Assembly (NCBI GenBank): GCA_963805975.1
Contig: CAWDVR010000002.1
Location: 352,001-416,000 of the forward strand
DNA from: an uncultured Acidobacteriota bacterium
GTDB lineage: Bacteria > Acidobacteriota > Thermoanaerobaculia > Multivoradales > SZUA-115
Length of the DNA: 64,000 bases
Reading direction: 5' to 3'
Shown here in pieces: positions 8,408-18,601 of the stretch. The notes beneath the pieces were generated by a model. That model had not been told where the DNA came from. It made no database searches and saw only the letters and a list, made by a program, of their open reading frames with translations. Within the stretch, counting starts at the first letter, position 1. Each line of letters opens with the position of its first letter. A program made the translations under genes and the position numbers.

Positions 8408-11400
8408 TCAGGCCGCGAGAAGTTGATAGCCGCTCCACGAGCGGACCCGGGAGAGGTCCCGGTCCCGCGATGCGATGCTTCGCCTCTGGGCCTCGGCCAG
8501 CGCCAGCGCGGGATCTCGGTTCTTCGAGAACGCCTCGTGGAACTCGATCGCCAGCCGGGATGCCGCCGAGTCCTCGACCTCCCACAGGGTCGCCACCACG
8601 TGCGGCACGCCCGCGCGCAGGAAGGCGAGCGCGAGGCTCAGGCTGCCTTCCGAGCGCGACAGGCGGCCGGCGGAACCACCACAGGCGTTGAGGAACACCA
8701 AACCGGGCATGGGTCCCCGGAGCCGCGAGATCTCGGCGGCGTAGACCAGGCCTGTCTCGCTGTCCCTCCCGGGCGCGAGCAGGAGGCGTGCGTGGTCAGA
8801 GCGCGAGCGGGCGGGAAGCACATGGGCGGCGACATGGGCGAGCTCGTGGCTGCCCAGCCCGACGGTGAAAGCCTCGGGAGTCGCGAGAGCGCCGGTCAGG
8901 ACCGTGGCACCGGGATAGACGTCACCGACCTGACGGGCCTCCCGTTCGGCGGCGGGCAACGAGCCGAGACCGGGCGTGAGAGCAGGGTCGAAGCTCGGGT
9001 CGCCGACTGCCAGAAGCCTCGGGCGGGCAGTCACCGGGCGGCTCCCGAGGCTGGCCAGGCTCGCAAGATAGAGACGGGAGCTGGGCGCGACGACCAGGCT
9101 CGTAGCCGCTACCAGGTAGTCCGAGGACCGCGAAAGCCAGAGCGCCGCGAAAGGCAGCTCGTGGAGACAGCCATCCGGCACGACGATCGTCACCTCCGAG
9201 GGAGGAAGGAGGGTGGTGTCGGTCCCCAACAGGACCCCGGACAGCTCTACCCCGAGACTGCGGATCTCGGTCTCGTCGTCGCGGTCGATCGCCAGGCGAA
9301 ATGCCGCCACGCGTTCGCAGAGCTCGGACTCTCCCATCTCGCGGATCGCGAAGCTCGTATGCTCGCGGCTCAGGCTCCACACCAGCGTCTTGGCGGGAAA
9401 GACTGCGTACTCCAGCAGGGCAGCACGAGCGGGCAGACGAGCGGCGACCTGGCGGAGACCCAAGCTGGCGAGCGATGCCGGCAGGCCATTCTTCGCACCC
9501 AGCAGATCCTCGGTGACCTGCGCCCGCCCGTCCTCGACGATCCGGAAGGCGCTCTCGGCATCGCCGCCCCTCTCAGCCTCCAGGAGGGCCAGCTCATCGT
9601 AGATATCGACGACGCGATCCAGAAAAGACACTCTCTCCTCGGCAGCCACCGCATACCGCTGCGTCTCGACCTCGGCGACCGCTTCTCGGAGCGTCCTCGC
9701 CTGTTCCTCTTTTCGCCCTGCGGCACCGAGAGCTCGAGCCAGCTCGAGGTAGGTCTCGGGCAGCTGCGGCCCGTACCTCGTGTGCCGGTAGGATTCGACC
9801 GCCGCCGAGAGGCGATCAGCGGCCCTGGTCGGGTCGGAGCGCCCGAGGATCTCTCCTTCGACTCTGGAGAGGTCTGCGAGAAAGTTCAGGCGAGACTCTT
9901 CGTCGTGGATGGCTGCGGCGTTATGGCGAGCCGTCGCTACGTCGGCCAGGGCCTCGTCGTCCAGCCCTGCCCTATGTCGCAGAGATGCCCGCCACATCGA
10001 GGCTGCGGCGACCGCCGTGGGCTGGCCGGCCTGCTCGGCCTCGCGCACGGCAGCGTCCTGGAAGTAGAGAGCGACGCGCGGGTGACCATTGCCCGAGGCG
10101 GCAATGCCGGCTCCTTCGAGGAGGAGCTGACGGCGGCGCGACTCCTGGACCGCACCCAGTCTGCGTATCGCCTCGTAGGCTTCCAGCCAAGCCGCCTGCG
10201 GATCGCCGATGATGTGGTAGTACTCGAAGAGTCCCTGATGTGCAGCGGCGATCCCCTCCTCGTCACGAACAGCTTCCGCAATCCGCAATGCGGATCGATA
10301 GCTCCCCAGAGCGTGGTCGTAGTCTGCCTGGACGAATGCGAGGAGGCCCTCGAGCAGGAGGGCAGAGGCCAGGGAGTGCTTGTAGCACTTTTCTCTCGCG
10401 GTTCCGGTGACAGGGCGCAGGCGCGTCGCCGCCTTACCGTAGGCACCCATTCGAAACGAACAGAGCGCCAGGTGACGTTCGGCTTCGAGAGCCAGAGGGC
10501 TGCCCTGGCGCCGGAGCAGGCGCGCCGCGAGTCGGAGTGAGCTCTCGGCCGCGGCCACCTCGTAGCGATCGAGCTTGCGGAGCCCCGCGAGCAGGTGCTC
10601 GTGGCCTTCCGCCAGAGCGATGAGCGGACCTGGGCCGTCGCTCGAGGTCCCGAGGTTCTCGATCGCGTCGAGAGCCTCCACCAGCAGTCCATCACCCGTG
10701 GCGCGACGAACCGCCGTGGCCAGGGTTCGCGCGGAACGCAGACTTCGTGCGGCCTCGCTCGAATCTCGGCGCAGGACTGCTGCGGCCCAGCCACCGAAGA
10801 GATCCTCCAAGAGGAGCCGCCGAACCCCGGTCGTCCCTGTCGCTTTGTCTGCTGCCGTGAGCTCCAGCTTTTCTTTCGGGAGCCGCCTCCAATCCGGGTC
10901 CGGCTCACGGCTCAGACAGAGGCGCCACGCTTCCGGCTCCTCCCAGACGATCGATGAGCGGCCCATGGCCAGCGCCCGATTGCAGGCGGCGGCCCCGCCT
11001 CCATCCCTGGCGATGGCGTTCTCCGCGGCTGCGAGCCCCGAGAGGTAACCGAGCGGGTCCCCTCTCCGATCGCCTTGCTCCAGATACGCTGCCGCCAGGT
11101 TGCTCCACCACACCCCAGCGTCCGGCTCTTTTTCCGTCGCCTCTTCCAGCAGGGCCACGGCGCCTGGGATGTCGGCCCGGAGAAGGTTGACCAGCGCGGC
11201 GGCATTGAGGTGCTCGCCAGTCCGTTCCCGATTGAGGTCCGCGTCGATCCTGCGTGCTGCCGCGACGCAGCCTGGGCACGCCAAGTCGTACCTCTTCCCG
11301 GGCTCGTAGGGAGCGTACTCGAGGCCCACGAGGCGGCCTTCGGTGGGGCGCACGGGACCAAGAGCTGCGAGCAGATCCTCTAGCGGTGGTCGGCTCGGGG

Positions 11401-11524
11401 GATGGTGGTCGACCGAAATGAGCGCGAGCATCGTGGCGGCAAAGCCCGCGACGCCTAGAGCCGCCGCTATGCCAGCCTGAGACCGCACCCTAGACCCAAC
11501 TCGTCGCTCAGACCCGAGACCCAC
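8408..11524 (-). CDS. Membrane-anchored TPR-CHAT (caspase-like) protease
   Basis: N-terminal TM, TPR-like helices, CHAT motifs IVVPDGCLHELPFAAL, AHVAAH, VFLNAC, VVATLWEVED. Confidence 0.88.
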   Translation of the reverse strand: MGLGSERRVGSRVRSQAGIAAALGVAGFAATMLALISVDHHPPSRPPLEDLLAALGPVRPTEGRLVGLEYAPYEPGKRYDLACPGCVAAARRIDADLNRERTGEHLNAAALVNLLRADIPGAVALLEEATEKEPDAGVWWSNLAAAYLEQGDRRGDPLGYLSGLAAAENAIARDGGGAAACNRALAMGRSSIVWEEPEAWRLCLSREPDPDWRRLPKEKLELTAADKATGTTGVRRLLLEDLFGGWAAAVLRRDSSEAARSLRSARTLATAVRRATGDGLLVEALDAIENLGTSSDGPGPLIALAEGHEHLLAGLRKLDRYEVAAAESSLRLAARLLRRQGSPLALEAERHLALCSFRMGAYGKAATRLRPVTGTAREKCYKHSLASALLLEGLLAFVQADYDHALGSYRSALRIAEAVRDEEGIAAAHQGLFEYYHIIGDPQAAWLEAYEAIRRLGAVQESRRRQLLLEGAGIAASGNGHPRVALYFQDAAVREAEQAGQPTAVAAASMWRASLRHRAGLDDEALADVATARHNAAAIHDEESRLNFLADLSRVEGEILGRSDPTRAADRLSAAVESYRHTRYGPQLPETYLELARALGAAGRKEEQARTLREAVAEVETQRYAVAAEERVSFLDRVVDIYDELALLEAERGGDAESAFRIVEDGRAQVTEDLLGAKNGLPASLASLGLRQVAARLPARAALLEYAVFPAKTLVWSLSREHTSFAIREMGESELCERVAAFRLAIDRDDETEIRSLGVELSGVLLGTDTTLLPPSEVTIVVPDGCLHELPFAALWLSRSSDYLVAATSLVVAPSSRLYLASLASLGSRPVTARPRLLAVGDPSFDPALTPGLGSLPAAEREARQVGDVYPGATVLTGALATPEAFTVGLGSHELAHVAAHVLPARSRSDHARLLLAPGRDSETGLVYAAEISRLRGPMPGLVFLNACGGSAGRLSRSEGSLSLALAFLRAGVPHVVATLWEVEDSAASRLAIEFHEAFSKNRDPALALAEAQRRSIASRDRDLSRVRSWSGYQLLAA

Positions 11525-11719
11525 CCGATGGGGCTCTGAGCCCCGTCACCGTCGCAGGCGCCGTCTTGGCGCCAGGTTAGTTGCAAGATTGACATATGCT
11601 ACCAACCCTGTGACTCCGAAATGGTCGCTGTGGGCCGAGGCCGAGCCAGGAGAGGATTTGGCGCATCCTAGCCCGTTTAGACGGACACCGCCTTCCGCTT
11701 TCCGCCGGAGGCCCAGGCC

Positions 11720-12526
11720 TTGAGCACCGCCCGGCCGGGTGGCGGTCTGCCGCCCAAGACCCCTGAACAGCTTTTCCTGGAGCACCTGCCGCTGGTCGAG
11801 CGCGCGGCGCGGCATGCCTGTTGCCGCTACCACTTCTCGCCGCAGGAGGCCGAGGACTTTCTGTCCGAGGTGAAGCTGAAGCTGATCGACAACGGCTACG
11901 CGGTGCTGCGGAAGTTCGCCCACGGCAGCTCGCTCGGCACGTTCCTCGCCACGGTGGTCCACAATTTCGCCAAGGACTTCGCGAACCATCTGTGGGGCAA
12001 GTGGCGGCCCTGCGCCGAGGCTACGCGGCTCGGCCCGGACGCCGTGCTGCTCGACCGGCTGCTGACCCGCGAGGGGCTGACGCTCGCCGAGGCCACCGCG
12101 ACCATGGTGCACAACTTCAAGGTGGGGCTCACCCCGGCCGCCATCGCCGAGGTCGCCCTGCGGCTGCCGGCCCGCGCGCCCCGCGTCCAGGTGGGAGAAG
12201 AGGCGCTGGGCGCAGAGCCCAGCCGGGAGAGCTCCGGGGTGGACCTCCTCCTGGCAACGGACCGGGCCCGGCTGTTGGACCGTGCGCTGGCCGGATTGCG
12301 GGTCGAGCTTGCGAAGCTGCCGACCGAGGACCGTCTCATTCTGCGGTCCTGGAGCGAAGGGCGGAAGGTCGCGCAGATCGCGCGAACGCTCCGCTGCGAT
12401 CAAAAGCCCCTGTATCCCAGGATCGCCAAGATTTGCGCCAAGCTCAAGGCCGGCCTCCTCGCGCTGGGGATCGGCGAGGCGGAGGTGCGCGAATTGCTAC
12501 GACTGGACGAGGCGGATGGGCGATGA
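11720..12526 (+). CDS. ECF-type sigma-70 factor
   Basis: Region 2-like (AEDFLSEVKLKL..LRKF..SSLGTFLATVV) and region 4-like (LPTEDRLILR..KVAQIARTL); start codon uncertain. Confidence 0.82.
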   Translation: MSTARPGGGLPPKTPEQLFLEHLPLVERAARHACCRYHFSPQEAEDFLSEVKLKLIDNGYAVLRKFAHGSSLGTFLATVVHNFAKDFANHLWGKWRPCAEATRLGPDAVLLDRLLTREGLTLAEATATMVHNFKVGLTPAAIAEVALRLPARAPRVQVGEEALGAEPSRESSGVDLLLATDRARLLDRALAGLRVELAKLPTEDRLILRSWSEGRKVAQIARTLRCDQKPLYPRIAKICAKLKAGLLALGIGEAEVRELLRLDEADGR

Positions 12527-12625
12527 GGATCGAGAGAAAGTTGTTCAGAGCGAGCACGATGGGAAGAGCAATACTCGGCTTCGTGTCCGTCCAATGCCGG
12601 GTAGACATATGGGAATCTCATCGCC

Positions 12626-13672
12626 ATGAAACTCTCTAGAGTGCCGGCGCGCCCCGGCTGCCCCTCCGCCGAGGACCTGGCAGCCTTCGTCGACGGCCGC
12701 CTCCAGGGCCTCCAGCGGGAGCGCATCCTGGAGCACCTCGCCTCCTGCGAGGACTGCTACCAGGTGTTCGCTGGCGTGGTCGACTTCCAGGAGCAGGAGG
12801 GGGAGGATGGAGACTCTGCCGGCGAGCATCAAGGAATGCAGGCGGAGGTCGTCCCCTTTCCGCAGGCGCCGGCAGGCTCGCCGGTGAGGCGACGGTTCCG
12901 TGGCATGCCGGCGCTGCGCTGGGCTGCCTGCCTGTCGGTCGGTGTGGGTGGGGCCCTCCTGAGCTACGCCTACTTCGCGGTGCCTCCCCACCTCACCACC
13001 CGCGGGCTTCTGGCGTCTCGGGAAGCCAGTCCGGCCTCACTCCAGGGCGAATCGTGGCTCGAGAACAACACGGACCGAGGGCCGGGCGCCATTCCTTCGG
13101 GTGGCGCAGCCGCGTTCATGCTCGGGGTCTATTGGACAGATCTCGAGGCGGCCGCGATCTCGGGCGACTTCAGGATGCTGCCCGAGATCGCCAGGAGGAT
13201 CCATGGCCTGGTGGCGGAAACCACGGTGGACGGGAGAGCCGAGGAGGCCCTGGTCTATGGCCTGGACCCCGAGGTGGTCTTGCTGGTGAAGAGGCTCGCG
13301 GAACAGCCCGCCACGCAGTCCGTGCCCGCGCTCCGGCAGGAGCTGGACAAGGCGGAGCGGCGGATCGACACTTTTTCCAAGCGCGAAGAGTGGCCCGAGG
13401 TCACACGGGGCAAGTGGGCCGCGGCCGGCTGGCTGGCGGCCAAGGCCGGGGATGCGGCGTTTTTCGCCGAGTCCAGGAACCGCCGCTACCTTGCATGGCT
13501 GCTTCGCCGGAGCGAGGCGCTCTTTCTCCCCGAGGAGGAGGTGGCGGAGCTGGCGGCGATCCAGACGGCGATCCGCAGTGCGGCGCCCGAGGCGCCTCCT
13601 TACCAGGAGCTCGTGGAGAGGTTCGAGAGGGTCATCAACTACTACGCCAACGACCTGGACGCTCCGTACTGA
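12626..13672 (+). CDS. zf-HC2 (ZAS) anti-sigma factor with TM and extracytoplasmic domain
   Basis: CPSAEDLAAFVDGRL..EHLASCEDC (HxxxCxxC) followed by a TM helix; directly after the sigma gene. Confidence 0.85.
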   Translation: MKLSRVPARPGCPSAEDLAAFVDGRLQGLQRERILEHLASCEDCYQVFAGVVDFQEQEGEDGDSAGEHQGMQAEVVPFPQAPAGSPVRRRFRGMPALRWAACLSVGVGGALLSYAYFAVPPHLTTRGLLASREASPASLQGESWLENNTDRGPGAIPSGGAAAFMLGVYWTDLEAAAISGDFRMLPEIARRIHGLVAETTVDGRAEEALVYGLDPEVVLLVKRLAEQPATQSVPALRQELDKAERRIDTFSKREEWPEVTRGKWAAAGWLAAKAGDAAFFAESRNRRYLAWLLRRSEALFLPEEEVAELAAIQTAIRSAAPEAPPYQELVERFERVINYYANDLDAPY

Positions 13673-13726
13673 ATCGGGCCGCGCCATGAAAGCCGCGGCG
13701 TCCGCCGTCTCCGTTATGATCCCGGC

Positions 13727-13981
13727 ATGCCCCCTCCGACAGGAAACCCGCTCACCGGCTGGCTGATGGGCATGGCGGCGCGGCTGCGCTTTCCGCAGCT
13801 CTTCGGCCTGCTCGCGACGCTCTTCTTCTTCGATCTCCTGATCCCGGACCTGATCCCGTTCGTGGACGAGCTGCTGCTCGGTCTGCTGACGCTCGTCGTC
13901 GGATCCCTGCGCAAGGGCCGCGAGGTGCAGACCCCGGCGGCCGAGCCGCTCGTCAAGAACGTCACCCCGCCGCAGGGCTGA
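13727..13981 (+). CDS. Small membrane protein, DUF6116-like
   Basis: RLRFPQLF..DLLIPDLIPFVDELLLGL motif; 84 aa. Confidence 0.7.
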   Translation: MPPPTGNPLTGWLMGMAARLRFPQLFGLLATLFFFDLLIPDLIPFVDELLLGLLTLVVGSLRKGREVQTPAAEPLVKNVTPPQG

Positions 13982-13983
13982 GC

Positions 13984-15369
13984 ATGGCGAGGCCGGGAGT
14001 CGGCGCGCTACTCGCCTTCTGGATCGTGGCCTGGCCCGCCTCCGCCGAGCGGCTGACGCCCGCGCGGGCGGCCGAGATGGCGCTCGCCACCCACCCCTCG
14101 GTGGCCGCCGCCCGCGCCGAGCGGCAGGCCAGCGCGGCCGAGCACGACGAGTCGCGGGCCCTGTTTCGGCCGGTGGTCCAGCTCGGCGTTGCAGCGACCC
14201 AGTACGAAGAGCCCTCGCTGGCCTCGCCGATCCACGGCTTCCGGCCCGATCTCTTCCCCACCTTCGACACGACCCTCTACCAGCCCTCGGTCCGCGCCAG
14301 CTACACGCTCTTCGACGGCGGTGCGCGCCGCGCCCGCCGGGAGCAGACCGCGGCACAGGTGGAGCGCGCCGGGGCACGCTTGGCGGCCGAGGAACAGGCG
14401 CTCGTCGCCCGCGTGGCGCGGGCCTACCTCCAGGTACTGAGCCTGGCCGAGGTGTTGGCCGCGGACGGCGCACGTCTCGAGGCCCTGGGCCTGGAGCGGG
14501 ACCGCGCCGGCAAGCTCTTCGCGGCAGGCCGGGCGGCGGAGGTGGAAGTGAAACGCGGCGATGCCGCCTTCGCCGCCGCCGAGGCCGAGCGCGCCGCCCG
14601 CGCCGCCCGCCTCGACCAGACGGAGCGCACGCTCGCCCGGCTGATCGGCGTCGAGACCGAAGCCGCCCGCGCTCCCCTGCTTTCACCCGTGACGCTCGGC
14701 GGAGCGCCAGGCGGGCGGCTCGAGGTGGCACTCGCCGGGCCGGCACGCGAGGATCTCGAGCGCCGCGCCCGCGAGGAGAGCTCCAACGCAAGGGCGGCGC
14801 GGGAGAGCGCCGCCGTCGCCGAGGCCGCCGTGGCGCAAGCCACAGCCGCCAGGCGCCCCAGCGTGCAGCTCGTGGGCAACGAGGTGGGCTACGGCAGCGC
14901 GGAAGGCGACTTCACGGCCGAGTGGAGCGCCGGCTTCCAGCTCTCCTTTCCCCTCTTCACCGGCGGCGCCACCGCCGCCCGCCTGGCCCGGGCCGAGGCC
15001 CTCTCGACCGCCGCCCGCGAGCAGGTGCGCGCGGCGGAGCTCGCGGCGCTCTCCGAGCTCGACGCCGCTCTGACCGCCGAGGCCGAAGCCCTGGCCCGAG
15101 CCGCGAGCCTGGCGGCGGCGGTGGCCAGCTTCGCCGAGGTGGCCCGTATCGAGAAGCTCCGTCTCGACGCCGAGGCCGGCACGCAGAGCGATTACCTGGA
15201 CGCCGAGGCCGACCTGCTCGGAGCGCGAGCCGCCTGGGTGGAGGCTCGGTATGCCGCGCTGGCGGCACGGGTGGAGGTGGCCCGGGCCGTCGGCGGGCTC
15301 GACCCGGCCTGGCTGGCGGTGAACCTCCAGGCCGAACCCATCTTGGCTGCTCCGGAGGCCCCGCCGTGA
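13984..15369 (+). CDS. TolC-family outer membrane efflux protein
   Basis: Signal peptide, two OEP repeats (YTLFDGG, FPLFTGG), DYLDAE. Confidence 0.9.
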   Translation: MARPGVGALLAFWIVAWPASAERLTPARAAEMALATHPSVAAARAERQASAAEHDESRALFRPVVQLGVAATQYEEPSLASPIHGFRPDLFPTFDTTLYQPSVRASYTLFDGGARRARREQTAAQVERAGARLAAEEQALVARVARAYLQVLSLAEVLAADGARLEALGLERDRAGKLFAAGRAAEVEVKRGDAAFAAAEAERAARAARLDQTERTLARLIGVETEAARAPLLSPVTLGGAPGGRLEVALAGPAREDLERRAREESSNARAARESAAVAEAAVAQATAARRPSVQLVGNEVGYGSAEGDFTAEWSAGFQLSFPLFTGGATAARLARAEALSTAAREQVRAAELAALSELDAALTAEAEALARAASLAAAVASFAEVARIEKLRLDAEAGTQSDYLDAEADLLGARAAWVEARYAALAARVEVARAVGGLDPAWLAVNLQAEPILAAPEAPP

Positions 15370-16370
15370 AACGACGCCTGCCGATCGTGATCCTGCTTCT
15401 CGCCGTGGCCGGGGCCGCGTACCTCTGGTGGCAGCGGCGACAGGCGGCGGGCGAGGACGACACCGGGCTCGTCGCCTCGGGCACCGTCGAGGCGACCGAG
15501 GCCCAGCTCGGCTTCGAAGCCGGAGGCCGGATCGCGGAGATCCGGGTGCGCGAGGGCGACCAGGTCGCTGCCGGCGAGCAGATCGCGCGCCTCGAAGGCA
15601 GCGAGACGGAGGCACGGCACCGCCAGGCCGAGGCCCAGCTCGAGGCGGCCAGGGCCCGGCTGGCCGAGATCGAGGCCGGCTCCCGCCGCGAGGAAGTGGC
15701 CCAGGCCGCGGCAGCGGTGGACGGAGCGCGGGTGCGGGTGGAGAACGCCGAGAGCGAGCTGGCGCGGGCCGAGCGCCTGCTGGCGGGAGGCGCCATCAGC
15801 CGCGAGGCCTACGACCGCGCGCTCACGGCGCAGAAGGTGGCGGCGAGCGAGGTGGAGCGCGCCGGCGAGCAGCTCGCACTGCTGCGCCGCGGCGCCCGCC
15901 GCGAGACGATCGCCGCACAGGCTGCCCAGGTGGCCCAGGCCGAGGCCGCGCTCGCCGGCACCCAGGCGGTGATCGAGAAGCTGACGCTCGAGGCGCCGTT
16001 CGCCGGCCGGGTCACCGTGCGCCACCGCGAGCCGGGAGAGACCGCGGCGCCGGGGGCGCCGGTGGTCACGCTGCTCGACCCCGCCGACCGCTGGGTGCGG
16101 ATCTACGTGCCCGAGACCCGCATCGGCGCCGTGCACCTGGGCACGCGCGCCGAGATCCTGTCCGACACCTTCCCCGGCAAGCCCTACGCCGGGGAGGTGG
16201 TGTTCATCGCCTCGGAAGCGGAGTTCACGCCGAAGAGCGTGCAGACGCAGGAAGAGCGGGTGCGGCTGGTGTATGCCGCCAAGGTACGGGTGGAGGGCGA
16301 CCCCGCCTTCGAGCTCAAGCCCGGCATGCCGGTCGACGTGCGACTGGCGCTGGCCGGGCCCTCACCGTAG
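15366..16370 (+). CDS. HlyD/YbhG-type periplasmic adaptor subunit
   Basis: GTGA overlap with tolC; ASGTVEA, lipoyl-like GRIAEIRVREGD, AEFTPKSVQT, LKPGMP. Confidence 0.9.
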   Translation: MKRRLPIVILLLAVAGAAYLWWQRRQAAGEDDTGLVASGTVEATEAQLGFEAGGRIAEIRVREGDQVAAGEQIARLEGSETEARHRQAEAQLEAARARLAEIEAGSRREEVAQAAAAVDGARVRVENAESELARAERLLAGGAISREAYDRALTAQKVAASEVERAGEQLALLRRGARRETIAAQAAQVAQAEAALAGTQAVIEKLTLEAPFAGRVTVRHREPGETAAPGAPVVTLLDPADRWVRIYVPETRIGAVHLGTRAEILSDTFPGKPYAGEVVFIASEAEFTPKSVQTQEERVRLVYAAKVRVEGDPAFELKPGMPVDVRLALAGPSP

Positions 16371-16391
16371 GGGCGACCCTCGTGGTCGCCC
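16367..16391 (+). repeat. GTAG-type REP-like palindrome
   Basis: GTAG + GGGCGACC-ctcgt-GGTCGCCC overlapping the adaptor stop codon. Confidence 0.55.
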
Positions 16392-16421
16392 CACCCCCAT
16401 CGATCGGCGGCGGCTTCTCGC

Positions 16422-17351
16422 CTACACCTCGCCCGGCGTCGAGGTGGGGGCGCCGTTGTTGCCGTTGCCGTCGACCCGGTTGTTGCCGAACGAGATGATC
16501 TGCCCGCTACCCACCGCCTGCAGACCGTTGCCGTTGTTGACCGAGGTCACGCCGCTGACGCGCACGATGGCGTTCAGGCCCTCGGAACGCACGCCGGCGT
16601 TGGAGTTGCCCGAGGCGATGGACGATTCGAGGTTCATCTCCACGGCGGCCGAGGTCGAGATCGCGACGAAGCCGTTGGTGGTGGCGCCCGAGGACACGGA
16701 GTTGCTCACCGTCACCTCGGTGCGGTCCTCGACCCGCACGCCGTAGCGGTTGTTGTCGACGTTCACACGGTCGAGGCTGGCGATGAGCGAGCCGGTCGCG
16801 GTCGGCTTGAGCAGTATGCCGCCGCCCGAGACGCCGTTGTTGTTGCGCACCACGGTGTTGACCACGTAGAGCTCCGCGGCGGTGCTCGGCTCGGCGTCGA
16901 TACCGACGCCGGTGAAGCCCTGGATCGCGCAGTTCTCGACGTGCAGCGTCCCGCCGGCGAGGAAGCGGATGCCGTTGATGCCGTTGCCGGCGCCCTCGAT
17001 GACCAGCCCGCGGAGAGTGACGTTGGAGCCGGCCGGGGCGTTGATGATCACGCCGTTGACGAGCGAGGCCAGGATGCCGCCTTCGGAGCCGTCGGCGACG
17101 ATGGAGATCGACTTGGTGATGTTCACCGCGCCGAAACCGCCGGGGTCGAGGACGCTGATCTCACCGCCGGTGGCGGTCTTGGAGATGGCGCCCGCAAAGG
17201 TCTTGCAGGGTGCCGTGCGGCTGCACGGGTTGGCATCGTTGCCGACGCCCGAGACCCAGGTCCGGGTGGCCTGGGCCTGGGCGCCCGAGGCAAAGGCGAG
17301 CAAGGCGAGACCGGCGAGCACAACGGTGAGCAGCTTGGTACGAGAGAGCAT
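16422..17351 (-). CDS. Secreted right-handed beta-helix protein, copy A
   Basis: Signal peptide, QATRTWVSGVG.DANPCSRTAPCKTFAGAISKT, N/G-rich beta-helix repeats. Confidence 0.88.
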   Translation of the reverse strand: MLSRTKLLTVVLAGLALLAFASGAQAQATRTWVSGVGNDANPCSRTAPCKTFAGAISKTATGGEISVLDPGGFGAVNITKSISIVADGSEGGILASLVNGVIINAPAGSNVTLRGLVIEGAGNGINGIRFLAGGTLHVENCAIQGFTGVGIDAEPSTAAELYVVNTVVRNNNGVSGGGILLKPTATGSLIASLDRVNVDNNRYGVRVEDRTEVTVSNSVSSGATTNGFVAISTSAAVEMNLESSIASGNSNAGVRSEGLNAIVRVSGVTSVNNGNGLQAVGSGQIISFGNNRVDGNGNNGAPTSTPGEV

Positions 17352-17451
17352 GGGAACCTCCTTGGGTTGGTTGGGTAGCGGAAGGCCGATACGCGTGGGT
17401 TAGGCCCACGAGGGGCCCATCCGTTACCCGAGAGTGTGAGTGGTTTCTTAC

Positions 17452-18381
17452 CTATACCTCGCCCGGCGTCGAGGTGGGGGCGCCGTTGTTGCCGTTGCCG
17501 TCGACCCGGTTGTTGCCGAACGAGATGATCTGCCCGCTACCCACCGCCTGCAGACCGTTGCCGTTGTTGACCGAGGTCACGCCGCTGACGCGCACGATGG
17601 CATTCAGGCCCTCGGAGCGCACGCCGGCGTTGGCGTTGCCCGAGGCGACGGACGATTCGAGGTTCATCTCCACGGCGGCCGAGGTCGAGATCGCAACGAA
17701 GCCGTTGGTGGTGGCACCCGAGGACACGGAGTTGCTCACCGTCACTTCGGTACGGTCCTCCACCCGCACACCATAGCGGCTGTTGTTGACGTTCACGCGG
17801 TCGAGATGAGCGATCAGCGAGCCGGTCGCGGTCGGTTTCAAGAGGATGGCGCCGCCCGAGGCGCCATTGTTGTTGCGCACCACGGTGTTGACCACGTAGA
17901 GCTCCGCGGCGGTGCTCGGCTGGGCGTCGATGCCCACGCCGTTGAAGCCCTGGATCGCGCAGTTCTCGATGTGCAGCGTCCCGCCGGCGAGGAAGCGGAT
18001 GCCGTTGAGGCCGTTGCCGGCGCCCTCGATGACCAGCCCGCGGAGCGTGACGTTCGTACCGGCCGGGGCGTTGATGATGACGCCGTTGGTGAGCGAGGCC
18101 AGGATGCCGCCCTCGGAGCCGTCGGCGACGATGGAGATCGACTTGGTGATGGTCACCGCACCGAAACCGCCGGGGTCGAGGACGCTGATCTCGCCGCCGG
18201 CGGCGGTCTTGGAGATAGCGCCCGAGAAGGTCTTGCAGGGCGCCGTGCGGCTGCACGGGTTGATGTCGTCGCCCACCCCCGAGACCCAGGTCCGGGTGGC
18301 CTGGGCCTGGGCGCCCGAGGCGAAGGCGAGCAAGGCAAGGCCGGCGAGCACGACGGTGAGCAGCTTGGCGCGAGAGAGCAT
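17452..18381 (-). CDS. Secreted right-handed beta-helix protein, copy B (near-identical to A)
   Basis: Same length (309 aa) and nearly the same sequence as A, offset 1030 bp. Confidence 0.88.
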   Translation of the reverse strand: MLSRAKLLTVVLAGLALLAFASGAQAQATRTWVSGVGDDINPCSRTAPCKTFSGAISKTAAGGEISVLDPGGFGAVTITKSISIVADGSEGGILASLTNGVIINAPAGTNVTLRGLVIEGAGNGLNGIRFLAGGTLHIENCAIQGFNGVGIDAQPSTAAELYVVNTVVRNNNGASGGAILLKPTATGSLIAHLDRVNVNNSRYGVRVEDRTEVTVSNSVSSGATTNGFVAISTSAAVEMNLESSVASGNANAGVRSEGLNAIVRVSGVTSVNNGNGLQAVGSGQIISFGNNRVDGNGNNGAPTSTPGEV

Positions 18382-18601
18382 GGAAGAATCTCCTTGAGTT
18401 TGGTTGCGTAGCGGAAGGCCGGTGCGCCTGGATCAGGCTCGCGCGAGGCCCGGCCGTTACCGAGGAGTGTGGGGCACGCCGAGGAAGGGCGAAACCCTCC
18501 TAAGAGGAGGTAGCCAGCCCCCCCAAAAGGGAGGGCAGAAGAGACCCAACCCCACCCTCGCCCACAAGCGGGAGGAGGGGCGGGAAGGATGGGGGAGCTG
18601 C

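Noticed and set aside
18382-18540. c-di-GMP-I riboswitch upstream of beta-helix copy B
   Set aside because: Only scattered short matches, on the wrong strand for the gene and not in the expected order.
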